Positions 24,659 to 38,186 are shown, counted from the first letter of the stretch. The stretch: 64,000 nt of DNA from Octopus vulgaris (GCA_951406725.2 OX597824.1:74276001-74340000), one strand, 5' to 3'. A program made the numbers and translations. Notes: generated by a model from the sequence alone, not told the origin.

Positions 24659-26053
24659 CTGCAATAGAATACATTCAGTATCAGAGGATCAACTTCCCTG
24701 TCAGATAAAATCCCCATTTTTCAAGAGTAATTATTTAGGACTCACACAACTATACAACTGACAACATATGTAATATAGGCTAATGAAAGAGCAACTACGG
24801 ACTATGAATTCACATTTTGTGACATTAAAAAGTATAACAATAGTAATCATTTATCTTTTATTTGTTTCAGTCATTGGACTGTGGCCGAGCTACAGTACCA
24901 CCTTGAAATCTTTAGTCAAACAGAATGATCCCAGAACTTATTTTTGTTTTAAGTCTACTACTTATTTTATTGGTCTCTTTTGCTGAACTGCTAAGTTACA
25001 CAGATGTAAACAAACAAACCCTAGGTGTGAAGCAACGGAGAAGGACAAACACACACACAAACACACACCAATGGGCTTCCACCCAGTTTTTGTCCACCAA
25101 ATTCACTTACAAGGCATTGGTTGGCATGGTGCCACAGTAAAAGAGACTTGCTTGCCCAAGGTAATTTGTAGTGGAACTGAACCTGAAACAATGTGGTTGC
25201 CAAGTGAGCTTCTTAACCACATAGCCATGTCTGTACCACATATTACAATATGTAATCCATGTTAAAGAATGAACTATATGCTATATATTTGGTTTTTGTT
25301 ATATAAGGAATAACTATTTCTTTACTTCCCACAAGGGGCTTAACACAGAGGGGACAAACAAGGACAGACAAACGGATTAAGCTGATTACATCGACCCCAG
25401 TGCATAACTGGTACTTAATTTATAGACCCCGAAGGGATGAAAGGCAAAGTCGACTTCAGCGGAATTTGAATTCAGAACGTAACAGCAGACAAAATACGGC
25501 TATGCATTTCGCCCGGCATGCTAACATTTCTGCCAGTTCACCGCCTTATGTTATATAAGGAATAACTATAGTAATGCAGCTCTAATTTGTGTTTCACAAA
25601 GTGTACGTATACTTATAATGAGAATAAACTTTTGCATGGCTGCTTAACTTAGCAGAAATAGCAGTCAAATCTTGCTGAAATTAGACTCTACTACCTTAAA
25701 TACAGAAGCAACACATAAGACCAATGGTTACCACTACTATGTTACAAAATCTTTATATGATTATACAGGAGGAACTAAAACTAAGAGTACTGCTCAGTCA
25801 TAATCCATACCTACATCTCTACTTACACATCTCAGGATATGTATTTACAGATAGGTAGATTGAATCAATTGAGAGTTTAAGTGTTTTGGCCATGTATGAT
25901 CTGCAGCACAGATAATGGGATATGAGCCATCTGTTGACTCTCTGGATGGAAGCCTTACTTACCTACAAAACCATCACCTACAGCTGTACTGTTGATATTC
26001 AATCATTATAAGAAATATGTAAGTAATCTCTATATCTAATTCAAGGTACTTAC

Positions 26054-26125
26054 ACGACCTGGGTAAATCACTTCAAAGTTTCCTATCAAAGCATACTGGA
26101 CTTCCATTAATTTCTGAACATTATC
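26054..26125 (-). CDS. FGD6: FGD6-like exon, DH-PH junction: DNVQKLMEVQYALIGNFEVIYPGR
   Basis: cag acceptor, gtaagt donor, 72 nt. Confidence 0.92.
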
Positions 26126-26620
26126 CTGTCAATAAATAAATGCAATATATATATATAAATCAAAGGAAAATGGAGATTTATGATTGACATATTTTTAATT
26201 TATTAACATCATATTATATTATTATTATAATATAAATACAAATATTATAATCCTACAAATTGTTTTGATTCAGAATGAATGTATGCACATATATGCTGCC
26301 AACCTTGCCTGGGCCCCGTGCTGGTGGCACGTAAAAAGCACCATCCAATCGTGGCCGTTTGCCAGCCTCGTCTGGCACCTGTGCCGGTGGCACGTAAAAT
26401 GCACCCACTACACTCACGGAGTGGTTGGCGTTAGGAAGGGCATCCTGCTGAAGAAACATTGCCAGATCAGACTGGGCCTGGTGCAGCCTTCTTGCTTCCC
26501 AGACCCCAGTTGAACCGTCCAACCCATGCTAAGTGGATGCTAAACGATGATGATGATGATGATAATGTATGCATATAATGATGATGATGATGATAATGTA
26601 TGCATATAAATGTAAATTTA

Positions 26621-26827
26621 CAAGGGGGTGATGAAAAGTTCCTGACTTTAAAGATGTTGTAAAAGGACTAGTTGGAGGCCTAACCTTCCAAATTCTTTTA
26701 CAAGGCTAAGAAAAACTGACGGACTACTGCTGTAAGTGTGTGATTCCGACAGAGGAATATGTTGAATAAAATCATAATTAACTGATCTTCCAGTATTTTC
26801 AAAGCCAGGAAGTTTTCAGCATCCCTG
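26621..26827. mobile_element. mariner-type MITE
   Basis: TA flanks; imperfect TIRs CAAGGGGGTGATGAAAAGTTCCTGACTTT / AAAGCCAGGAAGTTTTCAGCATCCCTG. Confidence 0.75.
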
Positions 26828-26889
26828 TATGTATGCATGTGTGTGTGTATGTGTGCATATGCATGCATGTATTTATTTCTATATTTATT

Positions 26890-27220
26890 TATTACATACA
26901 TACATACATACATGCACACACACACACACACACAAAGAAAGACAGAAAGAAAGAAAGATACATACACACACACATACATACATACATGCAAACACACACA
27001 CACACACATACATACATACATACATACATACATGCACACACGCACACACACAAAGAAAGAAAGAAAAAACATACATACATACATACATACAGACACACAC
27101 ACGCACGCACGCATGCACGCACACGCACACACACACACACATACATACATACATACATACATACATACATACATACATACATACATACATACATACATAC
27201 ATACATACATACATACATAG
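26890..27220. repeat. Compound (CATA)n/(CA)n/(GAAA)n microsatellite block
   Basis: Directly visible; the source of several spurious ORFs. Confidence 0.95.
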
Positions 27221-27526
27221 CAAAGAAACAGAAGGGGTGTGGACTCTGCTAACTGTTGTGAATGTAGGAAAGCAGTTACTACCACCACCACCGCCGCCAC
27301 TACCACTACTTTTCTTTACAACCACTTTTGTCATGTTGGTTAATGGCTGCATGAGACTTACTGAGACAGTTTTCTCTAGCTTGGTGCCCTTCCTGTTGCT
27401 TGTTTTTTTTTTCTTATTCTTCAATAAAACTGGCAAGTCACCAGACATTGTTAATATAGGACATAAACACTATCACAGCTATTGCTGACACAATAACAAT
27501 GTGAACACATACAGACTTACATGCAT

Positions 27527-27574
<48 letters not shown>

Positions 27575-27917
27575 GGGCTTCTGTACAGTTTATTTCAACC
27601 AAATATTTTACTGATGAAGCTATAGCAGAAGACGTTTGCCAAAGAACGCACCAGAGTCAGATGGAATTGAAACCATGTGATTGCCAAAAAATGAATTTCT
27701 TAAGCTCAAAGTCATTCCTGAGAAGTTACTGCAAATGCAAACTAATACAGAGAAAAGGCAAACAATCCTTCTAACACACGCAGTCCAGGGTATAAAAAGT
27801 TGGCAGTAACTTACACGACATACTATGTCTTGGGAGTAAAATTTCATAAATGCAGACTGTATAGAGCCCATTGTGCATGTTCATGTGCATATGTGCATAC
27901 ACACACATGACTGGTTT

Positions 27918-28997
27918 CTTTCAGTTTCTGTCTACCAAATCCACTCACAAGGCTTTGGTTGGCCCAAGGCTATTGTAGAAGAGACTTTTAGCTTCTTTTA
28001 GTATCTTTTAGTTTCTCTCTATCAAATCCACTCACAAAGCTTTGGTTGGCCCAAGGCTATTGTAGAAGAGACTTTTAGCTTCTTTTAGTATCTTTTAGTT
28101 TCTCTCTATCAAATCCACTCACAAAGCTTTGGTTGGCCCAAGGCTATTGTAGAAGAGACTTTTAGCTTCTTTTAGTATATTTTAGTTTCTCTCTATCAAA
28201 TCCACTCACAAAGCTTTGGTTGGCCCAAGGCTATTGTAGAAGAGACTTTTAGCTTCTTTTAGTATCTTTCAGTTTCTGTCTACCAAATCCACTCACAAGG
28301 CTTTGGTTGGCCCAAGGCTATTGTAGAAGAGACTTTTAGCTTCTTTTAGTATATTTTAGTTTCTCTCTATCAAATCCACTCACAAAGCTTTGGTTGGCCC
28401 AAGGCTATTGTAGAAGAGACTTTTAGCTTCTTTTAGTATCTTTCAGTTTCTGTCTACCAAATCCACTCACAAGGCTTTGGTTGGCCCAAGGCTATTGTAG
28501 AAGAGACTTTTAGCTTCTTTTAGTATATTTTAGTTTCTCTCTATCAAATCCACTCACAAAGCTTTGGTTGGCCCAAGGCTATTGTAGAAGAGACTTTTAG
28601 CTTCTTTTAGTATATTTTAGTTTCTCTCTATCAAATCCACTCACAAAGCTTTGGTTGGCCCAAGGCTATTGTAGAAGAGACTTTTAGCTTCTTTTAGTAT
28701 CTTTCAGTTTCTGTCTACCAAATCCACTCACAAGGCTTTGGTTGGCCCAAGGCTATTGTAGAAGAGACTTTTAGCTTCTTTTAGTATATTTTAGTTTCTC
28801 TCTATCAAATCCACTCACAAAGCTTTGGTTGGCCCAAGGCTATTGTAGAAGAGACTTTTAGCTTCTTTTAGTATCTTTTAGTTTCTCTCTATCAAATCCA
28901 CTCACAAAGCTTTGGTTGGCCCAAGGCTATTGTAGAAGAGACTTTTAGCTTCTTTTAGTATCTTTTAGTTTCTCTCTATCAAATCCACTCACAAGGC
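27918..28997. repeat. 87-bp minisatellite, 12 full units plus a partial, derived from a SINE A segment
   Basis: AAATCCACTCACAA starts at 27937, 28024, 28111, 28198, 28285, 28372, 28459, 28546, 28633, 28720, 28807, 28894 and 28981 (exact period 87), then runs into an ordinary SINE head ending near 29110. Confidence 0.95.
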
Positions 28998-29300
28998 CTT
29001 TGATCAGCTGGGGGTCATAGTACAAGACACTTGTCCAAGGTGCCATGCAGTGTGACTGAACCCAGAACCATGTGGTTGGGAAGCAAAATTCTTACTACAC
29101 AGCCATGCCTGCATCTGACTTGTGTGTGCGTGTGTAGTCCACTCTGCTGGGTGGTTGGTGTTAGGAAGGGTATCCAACTGTAAAAGTCCTGCTAAAAGTC
29201 ACAGAAGTCTGGTGCAAGCCTGTGCCTGGCCAGCTCCTGTCAAATCTTTCCACCCCTGTCAGCACAGAAGGTGGATGTTAAACAACCATGATGATGATGA

Positions 29301-29334
<34 letters not shown>

Positions 29335-29413
29335 CAGTGTAGGTCCAGATAGGGTAGAAAATTAGTGTATTTCTAATGCAGCACTTGACCCAGAAAATAA
29401 CAGAAATACTTAC

Positions 29414-29472
29414 ACCCTGTCGAATTCTTTCATTTGCATGTTCAGAGACCTTGCTTACAATATCTAGAGCAG
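29414..29472 (-). CDS. FGD6: FGD6-like exon, DH end: (T)ALDIVSKVSEHANERIRQG
   Basis: cag acceptor, gtaagt donor, 59 nt, phase 1 to 0; AL..V..V..HAN motif. Confidence 0.93.
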
Positions 29473-29896
29473 CTGAAAGAGAAAATAAGACTTGTGAATA
29501 TTTATTGAATACTGAATAATTGAAGAGAAAATACTGATTTTTCTTTTTGTCACATGTTAATTTATCATATACCGTAGTTGATGGCGCATAAGATACACTT
29601 ATTTTCCTAAAATATGCCTGAAGAAAATTACCCTAGGTCCTATATGCAAAATTGGAGCAATATTACATGCTTTGACACACTAAAAACTATTTTTGCCTGA
29701 ATATGAGCTGCTGAAATTGAAGTGTGTCTAATATTACCATGTGATTTTTTTATGGCATCAAATGCAGTTCTTGCGAAATAATTAGTTGTTAAGTTTTAAA
29801 ACAGCAATGAGAAATAGGCTTAAATTAATCATTAACTAACTCCCAACCCCAAAACTCCAAGTGAAACAACCTTCCCACATCTGGGATGGTACTACT

Positions 29897-30200
29897 GAAG
29901 AAGAAGAAGCGGAAGAAAAAGAAGTAATGGAAGAAGCGGAAGAAGAAAAAGAAGTAGAAGAAAAAGAAGAAGCGGAAGAAGAAATGGAAGAAGAAGAAGA
30001 AGAAGAAGAAGAAGAAGAGGAAGCGGAAGAAGAAGAAGCGGAAGAAGAAGAAGAAGCGGAAGAAGAAGAAGAAGCGGAAGAAGAAGAAGAAGAAAAAGAG
30101 AAGAAGAAAAAAAGAAGAAGAAAAAAAAGAAAAAGAAGAAGAAGAAGGGGAGGCGGAGGCGGAGAAGAAGAAGGAGAGGAGGAGGAGAAGAAGAAGGGGA
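29897..30200. repeat. (GAA)n/GCG-interrupted polypurine tract
   Basis: About 300 bp of almost pure purine on the plus strand. Confidence 0.95.
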
Positions 30201-30967
30201 ATATCTCACTAAACCTACTGTGTTGATTTCATCTTCTTTCCACAACTTGATGTACAGCCACCCATAAATTCATACAACAGAGTGGGTGCAGCAAAAGGCA
30301 CTCCAGGACTTAATGGTATGTTATATCAAGTGAGAGAGTAGCCCTAAAAAAAACCCTCAAAACTAATACAGAAAAAGAGGGAAAATTCAAATTCAAACCA
30401 ATCCTAGGACTTGACTGGCTTCTCTAGTTTCAGTCAACCTACCCAATTTTACTCACAAGACTTGGGTCAACATGACCTTATAGTACAAGAGAGTGAGATT
30501 GAACTTGAAACCTCTTGGCTACATCTGCATCATCCATATCTACCACATTTATAAATTTCTTCTTCAATTTTACATACTCTCTCTCTTTACTTGATTCAGT
30601 CATTTGACTGTGGCCATACTGGAGCACCGCCTTTAGTCAAGCAAATCGACCCCAGGACTTATTCTTTGTAAGCCTAGTACTTATTCTATCGGTCTCTTTT
30701 TTTCGAACCGCTAAGTTACGGGGACGTAAATACGCCAGCATCAGTTGTCAAGTGATGTTGGGGGGAACAAACATAGACACACACACATATATATATATAT
30801 ATCGATGGGTGAATGAATAATCCTATGTTTACCGTTAACATGGAAAATTCAATGAACCATTACCAGGGTAGCAAATTCATGTCAGAAACACGGTTGAAGC
30901 GACCTATCCAAAGGTAGAAACTCCGGGTTAATGTGCAGTAATTTGTGTGTTATAGATGAATAAATAA

Positions 30968-31008
<41 letters not shown>

Positions 31009-31816
31009 TACGACGGGCTTCTTTCAGTTTCTGTCTACCAAATCCACTCACAAAGCTTTGGTCGGCCCGAGGCTATAGTAGAAGACACTTGCCCAAGGTG
31101 CCATGCAATGGGACTGAACCCGGAACCATGTGGTTGATAAGCAAGCTACTTACCACACAGCCACTACTATACCAACATATTTAAAAAAATTTATATGAAT
31201 CTATGTGAAGGGAAGTTGTGGAAGAGGTAAATCCAGGAAGACACGGGATGAAGTATTAAAGGCCAAACTGAAATGCTGAACCTTATGAAGGACATAACAG
31301 ATGACCAGATGATGTTGCTGCACTCAAGAACACCTGGTTACCGAAAGGGAACTGAGATCCTAAAACCAAGGTGTCACATAAAAAGCATTGGTGTGGGTGC
31401 TGGTGCCACAAAAAATGCACCCACAACACTCTGTAAAGCGATTGGCATTAGGAAGGGCATCCAGCCATAAAAACCACGCCAAAACAGATTATGGAACCTG
31501 GGGCAACCCCTGGTTTTACCAGTTCCAGTCAAGCCATCTAACCCATGCCAGCATGGAAAATGGGCATTAAATGTTGATGATAATGATGATAATGATGATG
31601 TATGCCTTTTTTATTCTTTGAGTAAATTCCTTTTCTCTTTCAAAGCTAGATTTTAAAATGAGTGTCTACCATGTCCACTGCTCACAAAATAATAGTTTCT
31701 TTATGTCCATCTCTCTCTTTCACTCTTACTTGGCTTGGAACACCTGAGCTAAGGAGGTAAGATAGATAGGAAAAGAGGGAAATAGGTATGTGTGTGTGTG
31801 TGTGTGAGTCACTTAC

Positions 31817-31867
31817 TGAGAGTATCTTTGTAGTCGGGACTGTCTGGAGTGAGGTATTTGAGATATT
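31817..31867 (-). CDS. FGD6: FGD6-like exon, DH: (E)YLKYLTPDSPDYKDTL
   Basis: cag acceptor, gtaagt donor, 51 nt, phase 1/1. Confidence 0.92.
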
Positions 31868-32301
31868 CTGAAAAGAAACAAAGAAATAATGATAATAATA
31901 ATAATAACATAGACATACAAACACACACACACACACATAATCATATGTAGATACACATACACTAACGTACATAGACATATAAAGATACACACACATTGAT
32001 ACAGACATATATGCACACAAATACATATACATAAAAACACTAATATATCTAGAAATAAATAGATGTACACATACACACTTACTAACCTATATAGACAATT
32101 AAAGACCTACACACACATACACATAAATGCTAACATATAGAAACACAAACACACACAAATATATACAGATACATACATAGATACACACTAACATATATTG
32201 ACATACGGAGACACACACATATGTAGAAATATACCAGCAATGATATATGATGCTGTGTGTGTGTGTGTGTGTGTGTGTATCCATATCTAGAGCAAACTCA
32301 C

Positions 32302-32389
32302 CAGACAAGAGGAGTCTGTACTGTGGAATCCTTTGCACAGGTTTCAACATATGATGAGTCAGGTCCAGGTTCTGACACTCTGGGTGAGA
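32302..32389 (-). CDS. FGD6: FGD6-like exon, DH: SHPECQNLDLTHHMLKPVQRIPQYRLLLS
   Basis: cag acceptor, gtgagt donor, 88 nt; L.PVQRIPQY.LLL RhoGEF signature. Confidence 0.96.
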
Positions 32390-34025
32390 CTGAAAGAGAC
32401 AGAACATCAAGACGTTTCAATGAACAGATTAACCAGAAAGAATCAGAGACAGAGGAAGGGCATTGCAGGGTGAGGGGGGACAGACAGAGATAAAAAAAAA
32501 AGATGGTGGGGGTGCATAAAAAAGAGTGAATGTAAAGAAGGGGATAGAGACAGACAGAGTTGAAGGATATAATTCTTTCTACTTATAGGCACAAAGACCC
32601 GAAAGTTTGATGGGATAGGACAGTTGATTATATTCTCAACTAGTATGTGGCTGTTACTTATTTTATTGACCCTAAAAAGGATGAACAGTATAGCAAACTC
32701 AACCTTGGAGGAATTTGAACTCAAAAGGTACAGACAGAAGACAGATTTTGCTTGGCTTCATGGGTCTTCTTCTCAAGCACGATAAAATACCAAAAGTCTC
32801 AGTCATTGCTTCTGTGAGGCCCAACGCTCGAAAAGAACTCAGCCACTTTACCTCTGTGAGGCCTAACACTTTATATAGACATCATATAGATGGCGGGGTG
32901 CTCTAAAAGGGGTCTCAGGGAGGAGTGTCCCTGCCTTCCTGAGCTAGTTTTCCACCACATCTCTTAAAAATCATGGTAGAGGCCTTGGTCTTGGGACCAC
33001 TCACATCTAGAAACTGAGGTTGGAGGTAAGCAAGGGCATGCTCTCTGTAGAAAATCCAGCTGCAAAAAGCCTCATGATAGCAAAGGAGAATGAGCACCAG
33101 CCAGCCAGCCAGCCCAAAGGTTGGGGTAGGCTGCACCTTCCTACCTCGGTTGCTATGCCGTTGAGGTACATCCAGCCACCTTTAAAACACTGGATGATGA
33201 TGTTGATGATAATGATGATGATGCATATATAAATATGCGTGTGTGTGTGTGTGAGTGATGGTATGTTTGTGTGTCTAGTCAGTGCATGATAGTTGTGAAT
33301 GTTACTGTCATACAAACAGGGTCATTCATTTCCAGTGTTCTGTTGAAAGATGTCTGATCATGGGGGAAGTATTACCTAAACCCTGTCCAACCTATGCAAG
33401 CATGGAAATGCAGACGATAAATGATGATAATGTTTATTCTCTCTCTCTCTCTTTCATTATGCTTTGTCTAAAGCTTTTTTTAACCATTTAGCATTTATAG
33501 TGGCCATTTTTGACTCAAATTATGTTCTAACCAGCCAGATCCAGCTTCTCACACCTACTCTATAAGGTCTTCCTAGAGTGGCTGTGTGGTAAGTAGCTTG
33601 CTTACCAGCTATATGGTTCCGGGTTCAGTCCCACTGCGTGGCACCTTGGGCAAGTGTCTTCTACTATAGCTTCGGGCCGACCAAATCCTTCTGAGTGGAT
33701 TTGGTAGACGGAAACTGAAAGAAACTTGTCGTATATATGTATATGTATATATGTGTGTGTGTGTGTGACAATGATGGCAGTGATGATGATGACAATGTTT
33801 ATGGTGGTAGTGATGACAATGATGGTGATGATGATGAAGTACTGGCAGTAATAATGGTAACGAAAGATGATGGTGGTGACAGTGGATGACTTGATTAATT
33901 GTGCAGCTAAGTAAACAAACTGTTGCATCAACCACCACCACCACCACCACCACTACCACCACCACAACAACAACAACAAAAGCAAGAACAAAAACAAGAA
34001 GACGACCCTGCGTCAATAGACAAAC

Positions 34026-34182
34026 CTTAAATTCTTTCACAGCGTTAGCAAAAGCTGGGTATTTCCGGCAAGACTCTTCAAAGAGCATTTGCATGTTCTT
34101 GAAGTCACGAATATAAGAGGTATATAACTTGAGAAAAGGTCCCTTTTTGACGAAAATATCTGCTATCTTTTGTATTGAATCC
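34026..34182 (-). CDS. FGD6: FGD6-like exon, DH: (W)DSIQKIADIFVKKGPFLKLYTSYIRDFKNMQMLFEESCRKYPAFANAVKEFK
   Basis: cag acceptor, gtttgt donor, 157 nt, phase 2 to 0; IADIFVKKGP.LK.Y..YI motif. Confidence 0.95.
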
Positions 34183-34810
34183 CTGAAAAAAGGAGAAAGA
34201 GTATATTATATTTGTAAGGAGACTGTTAAGAAATGCTTTTTGCTTTTTTATTTTAAATTTGATTCAATCAATGAACTGTGGCCATGCTGGAGCACTGCCT
34301 TGAAGAGTTTTGGTCGAATGAATTGACCCCAGTATTTGTTTTTTTTTTAATTGGTACTTATTCTATCTGTTTCTTTTTGCCAAACTGCTAGGTTATGGGG
34401 ATGAAAACAAACCAATACCAGTTTTCAAGTGGTTGTGAACACACACACGATGGGTTTCTTTAAGATACTTGCCCAAGGTGCCACACAATGGGACTGGACT
34501 GAAAACCATGTGGGTGGAAAGCAGACTTATTAACCACACAGCCAAGACTGTGCCTAAAAATAATATATATATATATATATAAGGCGAGCTGGCAGAAACG
34601 TAAGCGCGCCGGGCGAAATTCTTAGCAGTATTTCCTCTGCCGCTACGTTCTGAGTTCACATTCCGCTAAGGTTAACTTTGCCTTTCATCCTTTCGGGGTC
34701 GATGAATTAAGTACCAGTTACGCACTGGGGTCGATGTAATCGACTTAATCCGTTTGTCTGTCCTTGTTCCTCCCCTCTATGTTTAGCCCCTTGTGGGCAG
34801 TAAAGAAAAA

Positions 34811-34841
<31 letters not shown>

Positions 34842-34954
34842 TCATCATCGTTTAACGTCCGTTAATGGAAGTTTTCCTTTTTCAGTCATTCACTCATTCT
34901 CCCACACCACTCATTCACTCACTCACAATGGCATGAACAATTTAGATAGTTTAC

Positions 34955-35106
34955 CACTTCTTTAATCTGTTTTCAAGGTCACTGAGCAAATCTTCATTAA
35001 AATTCTGTAGCTGTGGGAGGAAATTCAAAATCCGATTCAAGACATCAGTTGGAATAACTGGACGCCCAGCCTTTTCTGTAGCATTTGACACTGCCAAACG
35101 GAAATC
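34955..35106 (-). CDS. FGD6: FGD6-like exon, DH: DFRLAVSNATEKAGRPVIPTDVLNRILNFLPQLQNFNEDLLSDLENRLKK
   Basis: cag acceptor, gtaaac donor, 152 nt, phase 0 to 2. Confidence 0.94.
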
Positions 35107-36342
35107 CTGAAGTAAGAGGAACAGATTCCAAGAGTTAAATGACAAAAAATAAATCACCATTTCAAGAATACGATACTTGTTGTGAGAGTAATAAAAATAA
35201 AATAATTGCGCCCTTTTAAAGCCTAGCCAGGCTCATGGGCCCGGTTTCCCGGATTCAATAGCATATGTGCTCCCCAGTTGGATGGGACGCTAGTCCATCA
35301 CACCTTTACTCATTTTTGCCAGCTGAGTGGACTGGAGCAATGTAAAATGAAGTGTTTTGCTCAAGAACACAACGCGTCGCCCGGTCCAGGAATCGAAACC
35401 ACAATCTTACGATCATGATGCTGACACCCTAACCAGTAAGCCACTCGCCTCCACTGTTGTGAGAGTAGGGAAAAAAAAATGAAAGTGGGGTGGAACGAGT
35501 GGAGTCATATGTCAAGAATAGATTATTTTGATTGGATGGATATCAAATGTAAGCAAGATTTGAAATCAGGTTAAGAAAGAGATTTGAGCTGCCATAGAAA
35601 AGCTGATGAGAATAGATAGTGAGTTCTACAGGAATATCTTTTGAACCAGGAATAAAGGATCTTAGTTCAACAAATATTCAGAATGGCAATTTAATTATGT
35701 CTTTTTATGGTCTGATACAGGAGAATATAGGACAGATTTGGCTATCAGACAAGTCTTTAAATTAGGTCATCTCACTTCTTTCCTTTAGCCAGGAAGATAG
35801 GCAGTCTTCTGTTGGGTAGCCATGGAAAAAAATGTACAGGAAACAAAAATGAAATAGTTGAGGACAGACACTTTTCTCCTCTTCAGCCAAGCCCATATCA
35901 ATCTTTTTTAAATTCCCCTTGGTGCATAATATGAGGGTAAAGAGAGAAGTGCTGCTATTCAGTGAATTTTTTGGAAGGTGTAATTTATTCTTATAAGTCC
36001 CTTCAACTCTCTTTTTTTTTTTGTGGCAAAAAACAGAGGATCAGAGAAAATGCTTTGCAGTATTTATTTGGGTATAAATATTTGAGTATAAATCTGGCAA
36101 CAAATCAATAAAATAAAGTAGCATTTAATACTGGAGCTAACTTAACTAGCTAACCCCTTTCCTCTAAATGTCTAGCCTTGTGCCTGTTTTAGAGACAATA
36201 TTGTTGTTATAAATAGGATGATAGATTAACAGAATCATTAGAGCACTGAAAGAAATGCTCCGTAGTATTTCTTGTGGCCCATTGCATTCTAAGTTCAAAT
36301 CCTGCTGAGGACAACTTTACTCATTGTCTTTAAGGTTTTAAA

Positions 36343-36700
36343 TCTCTCTCTATATATAAAGCTGAAGTTGTCTGTGTATGGCAGGTTTGGTAGCCTTCAA
36401 CTAACACTATCTCCTCCGAGACTCTGTGGTAAAAGTTGACCAAAATTGAGAGTATGATAGAAGAATTGGTCCATGTTAACACCAACAATTATTTACATCA
36501 AAAAGGTGCTCTTTTTCTATGAAAATCCCTATTTTTTACGATTTTTTGACTGCTGTGTCGCCATTTTTCGGTGTATTTCAACCAGAAAAATGTTCACTTA
36601 AAGAGAATAACAAGCTACATAATGCAAAATTTTTACTTTTCAAAAATTCCAATTCTAAAGGGTCGAAACAAACCTGAGCAACGCCGGGCAATACTGCTAG
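36343..36700 (+). mobile_element. Non-autonomous Helitron
   Basis: 5' TC(TCTCTC)TATATATAAA, 3' hairpin CCTGAGCAACGCCGGG then CTAG; inserted between A and T with no TSD. Confidence 0.85.
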
Positions 36701-37154
36701 TAATGATATAAAATTCTTATCAAGTCTAGACCCCACCCCTCAAAATTGTTGGCCTTGTGCTCATATTAAAAACAATTATTATTATTATTGTTATTAAGGT
36801 AGCAAACTAGCAGAATCCTTAGTGAGTCAGACAAAATGTTTAGTGACATTTTTTTCAGCTCTTTACATTCTGGGTTCAAATTCTGCGAAGGTGATCTCTG
36901 CCTTTCATCTTTTCAGGATTGATAAAATAAGTACCAGTTGTGTACTAGGGTCGATGTAACTGACTTACCCACTATCATAAAATTAGCCTTGTGCCAGAAT
37001 TTGAAACCATTATTATTAGTATTATAACTTTTATTAGAAAGAGAGAGAGAGAAATCGAGTGTGTGAATAACGACAAAAGAATTATGCCTGAGTAAGAAAC
37101 GGGAGAGGAGAGGGAAATAAAATATAAATTGACAAACAAAATGAGGCCTCTTAC

Positions 37155-37250
37155 CACATTGATGAGACAAAGAATACGGACAAAAATTTTCTCTGACGAC
37201 ATGATTTCTTCGGCAATATAGTAGACTTTCTTAGCACTTCGGTCACTCTT
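37155..37250 (-). CDS. FGD6: FGD6-like exon, DH start: KSDRSAKKVYYIAEEIMSSEKIFVRILCLINV
   Basis: cag acceptor, gtaaga donor, 96 nt; IA.EIMSSEK.FV..L DH first helix. Confidence 0.94.
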
Positions 37251-37544
37251 CTGCAACAGGATAATGGATAGAACAGACATAAGATGAGATGAACAGAGAG
37301 AATTTGGGAGAGAGAGCAACAGAGTGGGAGGAAGAGAGAGGAGAGAAAGAGAGCTGACAAGATATTTGTAAATGATGTAATTTGTTAAAAAATAAAAATT
37401 AAATATAAATTTAAAACAAAGCGGTAACAATAAAGTACAAAAGAAAAATTAAGTAAATCAGTTTTCTAAGTTACAGGGACATAAACACACCAACATTGGC
37501 TCTCAAGCAATGGTGGGGGGACAAACACAGGCACAAAGACACAT

Positions 37545-37583
<39 letters not shown>

Positions 37584-37774
37584 AAACAGTCACCATGATA
37601 GATCGTTAGCCACTACACACATTTTTTTCTCTCCTTGTTTTTTCTGTGTCCCTTTCTGTAGAAGAGCATAGGCTCGAAACATAAAATACTTTTTCTATTC
37701 CTGAGCGTTATACAAATACATCTGTTTGTTTTGTACACCACCTGTCTTCGTCTTTTGTTTTTTTCGTAAACTCT

Positions 37775-37777
<3 letters not shown>
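37584..37777 (+). mobile_element. (TA)n-embedded repeat, probable PLE terminal-repeat remnant; other copies at ~55966-56090 (-) and ~58598-58764 (-)
   Basis: Three homologous copies share TTTCTGTAGAAGAGCGTAGGCTCGAAACGTAAAAGAC...CCTGAGCGTTATAC, each adjacent to a TA run. Confidence 0.6.
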
Positions 37778-37821
<44 letters not shown>

Positions 37822-38186
37822 TATGATGGGTTTCTTTCAGTTTCTGTCTACCAAATCCACTCACAAGGCTTTGTTATGGGGACATAAACACACCACCATC
37901 GGTTGTCAAGCAAAGTTGGGAGGGACAAACATAGACACACAAACACACATATACATATATACAACAAGACTTTGGTTGGCCTGAGGCTATAGTAGAAGAC
38001 ACTTGCCCAAGGTGCCACGCAGTGGGACTGAACCCGGAACCATGTGGTTGGTAAGCAAGCTACTTACCACACAGCCACTCCTGCGCCTATGTGTTTCTTT
38101 TTTTTTTAGAGGTATATTAATAACACAACAGAATAAATAACTTTATTTAACTTAATTAGTATTAGTAGTATATTAGAGTAACTTAC

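Noticed and set aside
26698-27488. Long ORFs of 100-220 aa on both strands
   Set aside because: They are translations of (CATA)n/(CA)n microsatellites; the same applies to ORFs near 21703, 40501-41104, 44182, 45004 and 59354.
27918-28997. CRISPR-like regular array
   Set aside because: There are no unique spacers; whole 87-bp units repeat and match a SINE; no cas genes; eukaryotic intron.
29861-30245. Poly-Glu/Lys or poly-Leu ORFs
   Set aside because: Translations of a GAA repeat tract with no splice or phase support.
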